Assembly (NCBI RefSeq): GCF_001194135.2
Contig: NC_068981.1
Location: 3,118,805 to 3,154,065 of the forward strand
Length of the DNA: 35,261 nt
Source: Octopus bimaculoides
Lineage: Eukaryota
Reading direction: 5' to 3'
Under the pieces are notes generated by a model. It was not told the origin of the DNA and ran no database searches. It was given only the letters and a program-made list of their open reading frames with translations. Positions 13,125-27,405 of the stretch are shown here, piece after piece; the first letter of the stretch is position 1; the number at the start of each line of letters is the position of its first letter. The position numbers were made by a program, and so were the translations under genes.

Positions 13125-14017
13125 NNNNNNNNNNNNNNNNNNNNNNNNNNNNNNNNNNNNNNNNNNNNNNNNNNNNNNNNNNNNNNNNNNNNNNNNNNNN
13201 NNNNNNNNNNNNNNNNNNNNNNNNNNNNNNNNNNNNNNNNNNNNNNNNNNNNNNNNNNNNNNNNNNNNNNNNNNNNNNNNNNNNNNNNNNNNNNNNNNNN
13301 NNNNNNNNNNNNNNNNNNNNNNNNNNNNNNNNNNNNNNNNNNNNNNNNNNNNNNNNNNNNNNNNNNNNNNNNNNNNNNNNNNNNNNNNNNNNNNNNNNNN
13401 NNNNNNNNNNNNNNNNNNNNNNNNNNNNNNNNNNNNNNNNNNNNNNNNNNNNNNNNNNNNNNNNNNNNNNNNNNNNNNNNNNNNNNNNNNNNNNNNNNNN
13501 NNNNNNNNNNNNNNNNNNNNNNNNNNNNNNNNNNNNNNNNNNNNNNNNNNNNNNNNNNNNNNNNNNNNNNNNNNNNNNNNNNNNNNNNNNNNNNNNNNNN
13601 NNNNNNNNNNNNNNNNNNNNNNNNNNNNNNNNNNNNNNNNNNNNNNNNNNNNNNNNNNNNNNNNNNNNNNNNNNNNNNNNNNNNNNNNNNNNNNNNNNNN
13701 NNNNNNNNNNNNNNNNNNNNNNNNNNNNNNNNNNNNNNNNNNNNNNNNNNNNNNNNNNNNNNNNNNNNNNNNNNNNNNNNNNNNNNNNNNNNNNNNNNNN
13801 NNNNNNNNNNNNNNNNNNNNNNNNNNNNNNNNNNNNNNNNNNNNNNNNNNNNNNNNNNNNNNNNNNNNNNNNNNNNNNNNNNNNNNNNNNNNNNNNNNNN
13901 NNNNNNNNNNNNNNNNNNNNNNNNNNNNNNNNNNNNNNNNNNNNNNNNNNNNNNNNNNNNNNNNNNNNNNNNNNNNNNNNNNNNNNNNNNNNNNNNNNNN
14001 NNNNNNNNNNNNNNNNN
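13125..14017. other. Assembly gap (893 N)
   Basis: N run bounded by a (TA)n microsatellite on the left and a repeat on the right. Confidence 1.
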
Positions 14018-15182
14018 GAGCGTGACCATTGCCAGTACAGCCTGACTGGCCTTGTAGGGTTTTCGAGCGAGATCGTTGCCAGTGCCCCTGGACTGGCTCT
14101 TGTGCGGGTGGCACATAAAAGACACCATTTCGAGCGTGGCCGTTTTCGTGCGGGTGACACGTAAAAGCACCCACTACACTCTGAGTGGTTGGCATTAGGA
14201 AGGGCATCCAGCTGTAGAAACTCTGCCAAATTAGATTGGAGCCTGGTGTTGCCATCCGGTTTCACCAGTCCTCAGTCAAATCGTCCAACCCATGCTAGCA
14301 TGGAAAGCGGATGTTAAACGATGATGATGATGATATATACACACACACATATATATGTAATGATTACATTGTTCAATTAAATGGAACCACTTGAAACAGA
14401 TGTACAGCATTATTACTTGACATCTTCTGTAGTTGAGGCTGATGCCAGTGTCACGTAACTGGCCTGCTAAAAGCACTGTTCAATCATTGGGTGATATGCT
14501 GTGTTTGCGAAAACCTGCTGAACTGAGTGAAATTGTAGTAGTGGCCAATGCCAGTGCCGTCTGATTGGCACCCATGCCGGTGGCATGTAAAAAGCACCAT
14601 TTGAGTGTTGGGCCTCATGGAGGGCAGGTGACCAAGACCCTTGGCAATATACCATGCTTGTGTTCATCTATCAAGCCAAGTGAGATTGTAGTCATGGCTG
14701 ATGCCGGTATCAGGTCAATGGCACCTGTGCCAGTGGCATGTAAAAAGCACCCACTACACACTCGGAGTTGTTGGCATTAGGAAGGGCATCCAGCCATAGA
14801 AACCTTGCCAAATGAGATTGAAACCTGGTGCAGCCCCCCCCCCCCAGCTTACAAGTTTTTAGTCAAACTGTCCAACCCATGCCAAGCATGAAAAGTGGAC
14901 ATTAAACAATGATGATGATGATGATTCACACACACACACACACAACAGAATTGATAACCAAAGTGTCACATAAAAAGCATTTGTGCTGGTGCCATGTAAA
15001 AGGCACTAGTGATGGTGCCATGTGAAAAGCACCCAGTACACTGTAAAGAGGTTGGCATTAGGAAGGGCATCCAGTCATAGAAACTAAGTGAAAAACAGAC
15101 TATGTGGGCCCTGGGCTTGCCAACTCCTGTCAAACTATCCAACCCATACCAGCATGGAAAACAGACATTAAATGGTGATGAT
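14018..15182 (+). repeat. Cluster of three RTE-type 3' UTR copies
   Basis: Copies end in (GAT)n at about 14333, 14925 and 15182. Confidence 0.75.
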
Positions 15183-15598
15183 ATAGGGTTGGTGATATGA
15201 ACAGGAAAATAGAACTCAAAACATGAGTAAATATATTTTTTCATTATTAATAATAATAGTAATAAATATATATGTATATCCTTGTGTCTTGAGTTCTGTT
15301 TTCCTGTTTGTATCACCAAACCTATTCTTCACTCCTTAATTGCTGAACTCTATCTACAAACACCAGCATCGAGCAATATCCGGTCCTATGTTCCATGAAA
15401 AACTGTAACTTCTGCTGATTATATATATATATACTGCATGGGACATTGAGTAAGAACCTTCTACAATAGCCTTGGGCTGACCAAAGCTTTGTGAAGATTT
15501 GGTAGGTGGAAGTTCTGTCATGATGTACATGTGTGTGTGTAAAAGTGCTCATGCCTCCTTTAATAAATAGGAGGGAAATAAATAAATAAATATATATA

Positions 15599-16690
15599 TT
15601 GGTGTTTGTATGTGGAAAATGTACAGGATCCATAAAAGCTACAAATACTGGAGAAATTGATTTTCTCAAATGCCCCGGAGGTTCTTTAGAGGTAGTGGAT
15701 AATTTCTGCTACCTAGGGGACTTAATTAGCTGTGGGGTAGAATGCATGGAAAGTGTAATTGCTAGAATAAGAAAAGGAAACCTCTCTTAGCAATCAAATG
15801 TCTCTCCAAGTAAAAGGAAGATTGTATGATGCATATATACGAATAGCAGTGCTATATGGTAGTGAGATGTGGGCCCTGAAAACAGAAGACATGCACAGAC
15901 TAGAGAGGAATGAAGCTAGTATTCTCTGCTAGAAGTTAGGCATAAGAGGAATTATATGCAAGAGAGAGGACTGGCGAGCTGGCAGAAACGTTAGCACGCC
16001 GGGCGAAATGATTAGTGGTATTTTGTCTGCCGTTACGTTCTGAGTTCAAATTCTGCCGAGGTTGACTTTGCCTTTCATCCTTTTGGGGTCGATAAATTAA
16101 GTACCAGTTACACACTGGGGTCGATGTAATCAACTTAATCCCTTTGTCTGTCCTTGTTTGTCCCCTCTGTGTTTAGCCCCTTGTGGGCAATAAAGAAATA
16201 AGAGAGAGGACTGTGTTAACTTGTTCACGTAATGCATATGGATGCAGACAGTTGTACGCAGAAGTGTCAATCACTAAAAGTGGATGGAATTTATGAAAGA
16301 GGTTGACCCAGAAGACATAAGATGAAGTATTGAACACTAGTCTCAACACATTGAAATGAGCCTTAGGAAGGAGATGACAACAGACTGAAATATCTACTGA
16401 CTTGCTGTACTCAAGAAGACCTATCCCCCACACCTGAACTTATACCAATGCTAGTGCCACATAAAAAGCACTGGTGCTGGTTCTACGTTTAAAGCACTGG
16501 TGTTGGTGCCACATAAAAAGCACCCAGTACACTCTGTAAAGTAGATGGCATTAAGAAGGGCATCCAGCCATAGAAACCATGCCAAACAGAGAATGGAGCC
16601 CTGTGTGGTTCCCAGGCTTAGCAGCTCCTGTCAAACCGTCAAACCTATCCAGCATGGAAAATGGATGTTAAATGATGATGATCATGATGA
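15599..16690 (+). mobile_element. RTE-clade LINE 3' fragment (RT C-terminus plus 3' UTR ending in (GAT)n), interrupted by a SINE
   Basis: Degenerate translation LEVVDNFCYLGDLIS...SVIARIRKG...KGRLYDAYIRIAVLYGSEMWALK, and after the SINE HVMHMDADSCTQKC..LKVDG, fit RTE ORF motifs. It continues into the GAAGGGCATCCAGC...(GAT)n tail. Confidence 0.85.
15974..16199 (+). mobile_element. tRNA-derived SINE inserted in the RTE fragment
   Basis: Head GGCGAGCTGGCAGAA...GAGTTCAAATT (A/B-box-like) and A-rich tail. 14-bp TSD AAGAGAGAGGACTG at 15960-15973 and 16200-16213. Confidence 0.85.
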
Positions 16691-16985
16691 AGATATATAT
16701 ACACACAAGTTTTACTGTGTTGAACATGTCACAAGGTTGATCAACAAGTGGATATATGCAATTGCTGAGTTGTTTCCAAGAGATCAGAAAAGATAACCCA
16801 GGAAGCCTTCATGATGAAGGGAAAATGATTTGGGCCAAGATGGAAAAGAAGGGTACAACCAAGAAAGAATCGGAACTGCATTGTGACCAGTGGTGTATAA
16901 CAGCATCCAACAGTCTGCTCTCAAGACAGGTGATACAAATGTATGTATATATGTACACGTGTGTGTGTGTGTGTGTGTATATATA

Positions 16986-17953
16986 TGTAGTGAACACCAC
17001 TCTTTCCCACTGTTATAAATATAAACAAGTGCGGGCGTAGCAGAGAGCAGCCTTCCCCGTCATCACCTGACTGACTATTCTTTGTGCAGGTAAATTATCT
17101 CCACCCGTTCACCCCAGGACGCAAACTAACCAACCATAGCCCCTAATAAGGTCACGTGATAGTGTTTTTCTAATGCTTCTCTGGAGCCTACCTTCAGCTA
17201 TAAATAGCCTGCTAGATACCCGGCAAATTCGTCGCGCTTCAGATCTCCTAAATCTGGCCGCTGGCCACACACACGCGTAACACAGCCAGCCAGTTCCAGC
17301 GACGACATCGACACCATCGTCCAACTACAAGCATCGCCCCCGACGTCGCCAACAGCATCGTCCAACTACGACTACCAGCATCGCCGCCAGCGTCAACATG
17401 ACTCTACACGTACACAAGCTACCAACAGCTAACCGCAGCACTTCTCTTCGATCCTGCTTGTGTGATTCACCTCACCACGAAAATAACAGCCAAGAATTTA
17501 GCCTGTGAAGAACATCTGTATTCAAGAACCCGGGTTGGCATAGAAGCCCTAACATCACGAGTGATCGCTCTGCCCCACACGCCTTAACTTCTTATACGTG
17601 TTACTGACTCTAATCTATACACTGTAACTCTTACATACACATACATGTAAACTCGCACACACTCTTTTGTTTACATGATGGCCAGTCTTATATTGTGTTT
17701 TATTATGTCGCATTCACACACACACAGACATACAGTTTAATGCTCCAATAAATCTTACTGTTATTCATCTCTATCGGTTGAGTTCCTATTGTCTTCCTTA
17801 CTGGCATTTACGAATTCTCTATGTCATTGAAGTATAACATATATATATCATTTGATATATTTTTGTGTTCGACTGTGTGACGCGTTTAATAAAGGAGCTC
17901 TGTTTTTCCATTCGTCACCATTTCTCCTTTTGGTTCGCACGGTCGTTCTTACA
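16986..17953 (+). mobile_element. Solo LTR (probably Gypsy-type)
   Basis: TG...CA termini (TGTAGTGAAC / GTTCTTACA), 4-bp TATA TSD, TATAAATA at 17199-17206, AATAAA near 17748 and 17888. CpG-rich, no internal domain. Confidence 0.65.
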
Positions 17954-17957
17954 TATA

Positions 17958-18346
17958 TCATCATCATCATCGTTTAACGTCCGCTTTCCATGCTAGCATG
18001 GGTTGGACGATTTGACTGAGGACTGGTGAAACCGGATGGCAACACCAGGCTCCAATCTAAATTTGGCAGAGTTTCTACAGCTGGATGCCCTTCCTAACGC
18101 CAACCACTCAGAGAGTGTAGTAGGTGCTTTTACGTGTCACCTGCACGAAGGCCAGTCAGGCGATACTGGCAACGGCCACGCTCGAAATGGTGTCTTTTAT
18201 GTGCCACCCGCACAAGCCAGTCCAGGGGCACTGGCAACGTTCTCGCTCGAAAATCCTACGGAAGCCAGTCAGACGGTACTGGCAATGGCCACGCTCAAAA
18301 TAGTGCATCTTATGTGCCACCCGCACAAGAGCCAGTCCTGGGGCAC
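17958..18346 (-). repeat. Young RTE-type 3' UTR copy with internal 114-bp tandem unit
   Basis: Near-identical (reverse complement) to 14018-14333 and 34916-35261; units start at 18147 and 18261. Confidence 0.85.
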
Positions 18347-18596
18347 ATATATATATATATTCCACACACACACACTTATGTACATATATCTCGGAGTTGT
18401 TGGCATTAGGAAGGGCACCCAGTCATAGAAACTATGCCAAATCAGACTGGTGCAGCCCCTCAGCTTACCAGCTCTGGTCAAACTGTCCAACCCATGCTAG
18501 CTTGGAGAACAAATGCTAAATGATGAGGATGATGATATGTGTGTGTGTGACACCACACACATATATATATAATATATATATATGCAAACATGTGTA

Positions 18597-18912
18597 TATG
18601 CGTAGCTGTGTGGTAAGAAGCTTGCTTCCTAACCATATGGTTCCTGGTTTGGTCCCACTGCGTGGCCCTTCAGCAAGTGTCTTCAACTATAGGTGTGAAA
18701 CCAATGATCACCTTCTGACTGGCCATCACAACAACTTCCTAGAAAATGTGCCAGAGGCACATAAAAAGCACCCACTACACTCTCGGATGGCATCCACAGT
18801 AGAAACACTGACAGATCAGATCTGGTGCAGCTGCTGGCTCTGCAGGCCTCAGTTAAACCATCCAACCCATGCCAGCATGGAGAACGGATGTTAAACAATG
18901 ATGATGATGATT
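18597..18912 (+). mobile_element. tRNA-headed SINE with RTE tail (internally deleted)
   Basis: GCTGTGTGGTAAGAAGCTTGC head, ...CATCCAACCCATGCCAGCATGG...(GAT)n tail. Confidence 0.7.
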
Positions 18913-21221
18913 ATATATATATATATATATATATATCGCTGCTCTAATATTTTAGAGTGGGCTTCTTTTTCAGATATATGAATTACAGACGATGTGTGTT
19001 TACGTCCCCGTAACTTAACGGTTCGGCAAAAATGACCGATAGAATAAGTACTAGGCTTACAAAGAATAAATCCTGGGGTCGATTTGTTCGACTAAAGGCG
19101 GTGCTCCAGCATGGCCGCAGTCAAATGACTGAAACAAAACAAAGAATATACATGTATACATAAATAAATACATGTATATATTTATATATAAAAAATACAA
19201 AAATGGGGCAAGAACGCAAAACATCCAGACAGTTAGGTGATACAAAAAGGGACAACAAAACATCCAGACAGACGATACAAGGAAAACAAGGACGGGTCAT
19301 TCGGAGTTTTCTTTCCTCAGTCGAGTTCCAGATTATCTTTGCAATTTCAGCTGGTTATACATACATACACACACGATCATTTAACGTCTGTTCTCCATGA
19401 AGGCATTGGTTGGACCATGCGTGTATATGTGTATAAGATGTATTTATATCTATCTATACTTAATATATACACAGTCATACACACGCACACGTATATGCAT
19501 GCACGTGTAATATATATATGTAACAATGTTTGTATGTATTTGTATGTATGTATGTGTAACCACTCATGAAATTATTTTTAATGCCGGCATCCACATCGAC
19601 ACTTCGAAGATGGAAATAACATTCTGTTCTCTTTTCTAACAAAAATTTTGTCGAATTATAGAGAATATAAAAGTTGTAAGCTACACAAGACCTCTAATCA
19701 TAGTCTGTAAATAAATATCAGAAGCGCCTAGTATGCTAAAGTTCGTATATCCACAGTTTAGTACCCCACTCAGTTCGGTTTCCTCATAACTATCGGAAAG
19801 AAAATTTAACAAGGAAATTTCAGTTTCGTATCATTTGTCTCGACTTTCAATATTCTTTTCAAAATGCATATATTTAAATGACATTTTACAGAAACACACT
19901 TTCGAGAAAGTTGATTATGTAATGCTGCAAAAAATGCCAAAGTTGCGGTAATTGATAAGGAAGGATGCGACGAAAATATATCCGAAATTCCTCTAAAATA
20001 AAAAGAAAATTGTTTTTCTAACTTTTATCAATATAATCGCAATCTTCGTCTTTGAAGATGTATCTCTGCTAAATTTTATTTACAAATATGCATTCTCTGC
20101 AAGGAACCAGTTAAGGGTGGGGCACCAAACTGTAGTTATACCATAAAGTTTTGTCACGGAAATTGAATTTAGTGAAAAACGATAAGTTCGTGTTTACTAC
20201 ATTACTCGGAGGAAAAAAACGGTGCCTGTATTTTTTTCTGGAGTCGTCGAGGTTAGTGTGGAAAGGAAGAAAGCCCGACCTGACATCCTCAGAATAAGAA
20301 ATCCGGATCAAATGTTTGCAATAGAGCGGCGTTAAACCGAGTATAATTGAAGCGTTACCATCCAGGAAGATGAAAAAGTCTTACCCGATGCGCTTCCCCT
20401 GTTTCCATCTGCCAAATTTCGCTAACATGTCATGAAGTAATTTGTTGTGATACATGACAATCGATTAAGATGCAATTGGATCGAACTTGCAATTACTTGA
20501 TTGCGAAATAAACTTCTTAACCACGAGGTCATTTTGCAAAATAAACAAGAACGTTGACAGCAAATAACTTTACTTACCTCTATTCTTATTTAAGAATTAA
20601 CATTCGTTATTGAACAAATGATAATTAGGGAGAATGTGATCTCTATTCTTCTTCAAAGTATGAAAGTTTCAAGAAATATGGTCAACTTTCGGTAGTTTCT
20701 TTTCGTGTTAACGAGATCATTTCCTCTTCTATTTACAAGTTTTTTTTTCTTTTAAATTTATTCTTTTCAAAATGAAACAAATGAATGATCTTCACCAGGA
20801 ATATGTTTTTCCTTTCCAATAATTTCTATTAGTATCATATCGATCAAGCCGGATTCAAAAAATACACTTCCAGTTAATTTTATTACCAGTAAAGCAATTT
20901 GACATTTCGTCACAAGACCGTGATCATATGTTTCAACGCTTTTCTTTAATGAATGACATTTATCAAAACGATTAACTAAACAAAAAAAAGTTTTACGTTT
21001 TTTTTTCTATTTTTATCCCACCAAAAGTATCAATTATCATGAGTCATTGCAATTGGCTACGTAGCATTAAGGTAAACCTAACCTGATGTAACATATTTCT
21101 TAATTTCAATCATCAACAGTTATTTACATCGATTTATATAACTTCTTAATTATGAGTTAGATCTGCCTTTATGATTTCCTTATTGAACATCGTTTGCTGA
21201 TTGTCATCAATGAAGGGAATT

Positions 21222-21341
21222 CCAATTGGTGACGAAAAACGGGAAGATACGTGTAGCTCAGTGGAGCAAACACGAAATGGAAAAATCAACCAATGGGAAG
21301 ACGCCAAGAATCTTAGAATGGACCAATCACAATTCAACACG
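21222..21341 (+). promoter_or_regulatory. CCAAT/ERSE-like cluster of the BiP promoter
   Basis: Three CCAAT boxes (21222, 21290, 21323). CCAAT-N9-CCAAG at 21290-21308 and CCAAT-N9-ACACG at 21323-21341 are each one mismatch from the ERSE consensus CCAAT-N9-CCACG. Tandem ERSEs are the known architecture of GRP78 promoters. Confidence 0.7.
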
Positions 21342-21359
21342 ACATCTAATGTGAATCTT

Positions 21360-21392
21360 CATAAAGCTAGACGCTTCTAGACTCAATCAGTT
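21360..21392 (+). promoter_or_regulatory. Putative core promoter: TATA-like CATAAAG plus initiator TCAGTT
   Basis: CATAAAG at 21360 lies 29 nt upstream of the A (21389) of a TCAGTT Inr match, directly downstream of the ERSE-like cluster. Confidence 0.5.
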
Positions 21393-21655
21393 TTATTTCT
21401 GTCACACAGTAAAGTCAACATTAGAAACGTTTCTCAGCGAATTTGTCAGTGTTTTTTGAAAAAATTTCCAACGATTTTCTGCTTGAAATATAATAACTTA
21501 TTTACGAAAACAAAAAGAAGAGTTTAAATACAATAAGTAATAATATACACAGCTTAGAAGCGACCGGATTTATTGTCACTGTTCGGAGTTATTTCTCGTA
21601 TTCATTCATCAAAAAGATTTTTAAAAAATATATTCCAGTCTGAGCACAAATATCT
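21389..21655 (+). other. HSPA5: Putative non-coding first exon of HSPA5
   Basis: The ATG exon starts at an acceptor (22767), so an upstream exon is expected. Candidate TSS 21389 and donor CT|GTAAGT at 21656. The 3' boundary is uncertain. Confidence 0.35.
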
Positions 21656-22770
21656 GTAAGTATAAATGATTCGTTGCGATTGTTATGATGTAAAGTAATT
21701 ACTTGTTACTTTTCATTCTATGGTTATAATCTTTAAAAAATGGGGAAAAGAAAGCCCAAATATTCTCGGCATTTAATGATCAACGAGGTTTTTGGTGCTG
21801 ATATAATGTCGATGCCGGTCTCTCTTTTTCTCACGTCCTTCTGTCAAACTTTTGATTTTGTAATTTTGGCAATTAGAAACAATTTTTATAAAATTGGAAT
21901 TAATTCGTATCTTGTCTGCCTCTAGATAGTCTTTATTGGCACAAATATGGGATTTTAAGTAAACTACTCAAGTAGATTACAATTAAGATACTTACCAACT
22001 TTTATATCTTCAGAACTCATTCAGTCGCCTTATTCTGTTTTAAGTTTGTTTTTGGTTTTTTTTACATATGTCTATAAAATATATAAAACCCATTTGTAAT
22101 GGTCTTTCAAATATTTCCCCCACCTTTGTCGTATAAAATCATGATGGACATACTACTGCTGCTCTACTTTTAAATACCTTCATGGTACAGTGTGCCCACA
22201 ATTTTTAAAAAGGGTACAATTCTGCAACTTTATTTTTCGGCTTTGAAATTCTCTACGCTTTCTTAAAGCTCGGAATTTTAAGTCAAATGCTTCGGTATTT
22301 CTCATGAAATGCGATCGCAGGACCTTTAAATTGGTTAATTTCGGTTTCGGCACTAAATGTTATTTTTTTCATTCAGAAATTGCCACGTTGATATAACGGT
22401 AAAAAAAAAACCTTTTATTTTAACCAAGATTGTCACTGATTTCAATGACAAACTTAATTGTAATAAATTCTCTCGCTGGAACCGAAAGTTCTGCTGAACC
22501 AATCTGACAAAATATATAAAAATCCTCGATTTTTTTTTTTTTCTCTCCTTTAAAAAAGATGTCGCAAACGGTTTTGGTGTTTGACACTTCAGAGCCACTT
22601 ACCATTAATGATGATTTTAGCTTAAAAGAGATCAGTTAATTTACTTCAGAATTGTTCCCTATTTCAGTTCCGTTAACTTGCAATGTTCAAAGATTTTATT
22701 ATTATTTTTTTTTAATGGGGCGTTTACTTTTAACTGATGTTCCGTGTTTCAATTCTATTTTATACAGAAC

Positions 22771-25588
<2,818 letters not shown>

Positions 25589-26048
25589 AAAAGAAATGTT
25601 TTAGGACTAAAAAGGAACATTTAACAAATTGTCTTGAATTCAGAAATTCCATCATTGTCTGAATGCTTTTTATATTCACATTCAAGACTTGATCTTCTTG
25701 TCTCAGAATGGGTATGGGAGGGATTCTACTGCTGCTTGTTTTTTTCATCTCCGAGACTTATGTGATTGAGACTTGTATATATTTAAATAATTTCCATTTG
25801 TTGTTGTCTTTCATGTACACATTTTTGTTGTTTTTTTTCTGTTTTGTTTTTTTGTACTTATTTTGACCTTTTGTCTGGCTACACATTGAACATCTCAATC
25901 ACAATTCCACTAACTTGTTTTATTTCCTCTTTTATTACTGGTCTGTATCAGACACAGTGAAGGACATAATTAAAATTAAACTGCAGCAGTCCAGATGAAT
26001 GAATGAACAGTGTGTCAGCCAGATAAAGATCATGTCTGTAGAAAAAAA

Positions 26049-26061
26049 AATAAATATTAAA
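26049..26061 (+). terminator. Candidate polyadenylation signals of HSPA5
   Basis: AATAAA at 26049-26054 and ATTAAA at 26056-26061; alternative ATTAAA hexamers at 25969-25980. The sequence is AT-rich, so these are not specific. Confidence 0.3.
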
Positions 26062-26211
26062 AAAAATAATTTGTAAAAAAAATTCAGATTGTTGTTTTAC
26101 ATCTATCATGTTTTTGAGTATTGAAATTGTCATTTCAACACGAGCACAAGTTTTGATTCTGTACCAATAGCACTTTGACATCAATCAAGCATTCCACCTT
26201 AACTAATCGAT

Positions 26212-26382
26212 TTAACCCTGCTGTAGCATTTATACCAACCAGATCTGGCTTCTCACACCTACCCTACAGTGCCATTCTAAAATAAACAATCACATCAAGA
26301 TCTTGAAGCTAATGCAGGATTAATTCAAAACAGATGTGAATAAGCATTGCCTTTGACAGTAATCTGAATGCTGAATGGTTCA
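26212..26382. mobile_element. Degenerate copy of the 1001-1214 MITE
   Basis: Shares CCAGATCTGGC.TCTCACACCTACCCTACA and the ...CTGAATG..AATGGTT end. Confidence 0.55.
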
Positions 26383-27014
26383 CCGAAGTTATTTCTGATA
26401 ACCCATCATATTTGACTAGAATCACTTGGCACCAGTGTTGATTCTGTCAGACTAACACAAAAATCCATGATCTCTTGCATATATGGCATATGTATGGTTC
26501 TTTAATTTCAAATACTCTGTATAATGATTTATCAGAATTACTATATGATTTGTTAATTAGTGTTGATAATTGCACCAACCACAATGTGCTCTGGGTTACA
26601 GAAAGTCGATTTTGTTAAAGATCTCACTTTTCTTTGAAATAACTTTAAGTGGTTTATTAGCTTCACAAGACCTGGCATACGTATGACCATCAGTTTTATA
26701 TAAATTTCATTGAAAAATATCGTTTTAATATCTTAAACTTAAATAAAATGCTTAAGTATATGCTTGTATCTTTTTTTTTTATCCTGGATTCGTCTTAAAT
26801 ATATGGCATGTCGGAATGTTTTGAAAATATTCTAAAGAATCTGATTTTAATTGGCAAATTGTGAAATTCGTAACAATGAAAAACACCTTGAGTCCACCTT
26901 CTTTAAAACTGACTTCGTAATTTAAATTAGAGCAATATTAATTTTAGTCGATGTCGGATCGAAAAAATGTGAATAGTATAGTTATTTATATAAACTTGAA
27001 ATCGATAAAGAAGT

Positions 27015-27051
<37 letters not shown>

Positions 27052-27094
27052 TATTAATGAAATGGTAAGGACAAATGTTTTCGAATGATTAATA

Positions 27095-27405
27095 ACGGAC
27101 ACCGTACCGAGGGGAGGGGGGGATAATATACAGGTGTGTGTATGTATGTATATATTTATATATGTATATAAGTACACACGCGTTCGTATATACGGATATA
27201 TATATATGCACGTGCGTGTATGTATATATATAAATGTAATAGGAATGCACGGACACCGTACCGAGGGGAGGGGGAGATAATATACATGTGTGTGTGTGTA
27301 TGTATGTATATATATTTATATAAGTACACACGCATTCTGTATACGGATATATATATATATGCACGTGCGTGTATGTGTATATATATAAATGTAATAGGAA
27401 TGCAC
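27095..27405. repeat. Tandem duplication of a ~154-bp microsatellite-rich unit
   Basis: Units start ACGGACACCGTACCGAGGGGAGGGGG at 27095 and 27249. Confidence 0.9.

Noticed and set aside
12904-14265. Three long ORFs (364-453 aa) in the ORF track
   Set aside because: Artefacts of reading through the N gap; the flanks are repeat and (TA)n sequence.
18147-18346. Regularly spaced hairpin repeats resembling a CRISPR array
   Set aside because: Eukaryotic context, the spacers are themselves repeated, there are no cas genes, and the array is part of an interspersed retroelement tail.
18036-18428. ORFs of 90-130 aa here and at 11-283 and 34786-35152
   Set aside because: They are translations of the same GC-richer repeat tail in several frames and on both strands, with no protein motif.
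19285-19335. Hammerhead-like CTGAGGA-AAGAAAACTCC-GAATGACCCGTC on minus
   Set aside because: No GAAA directly before a stem III, weak stem II and no stem I pairing. It may be a decayed pLTR and is worth checking against a consensus, but it is not supportable here.
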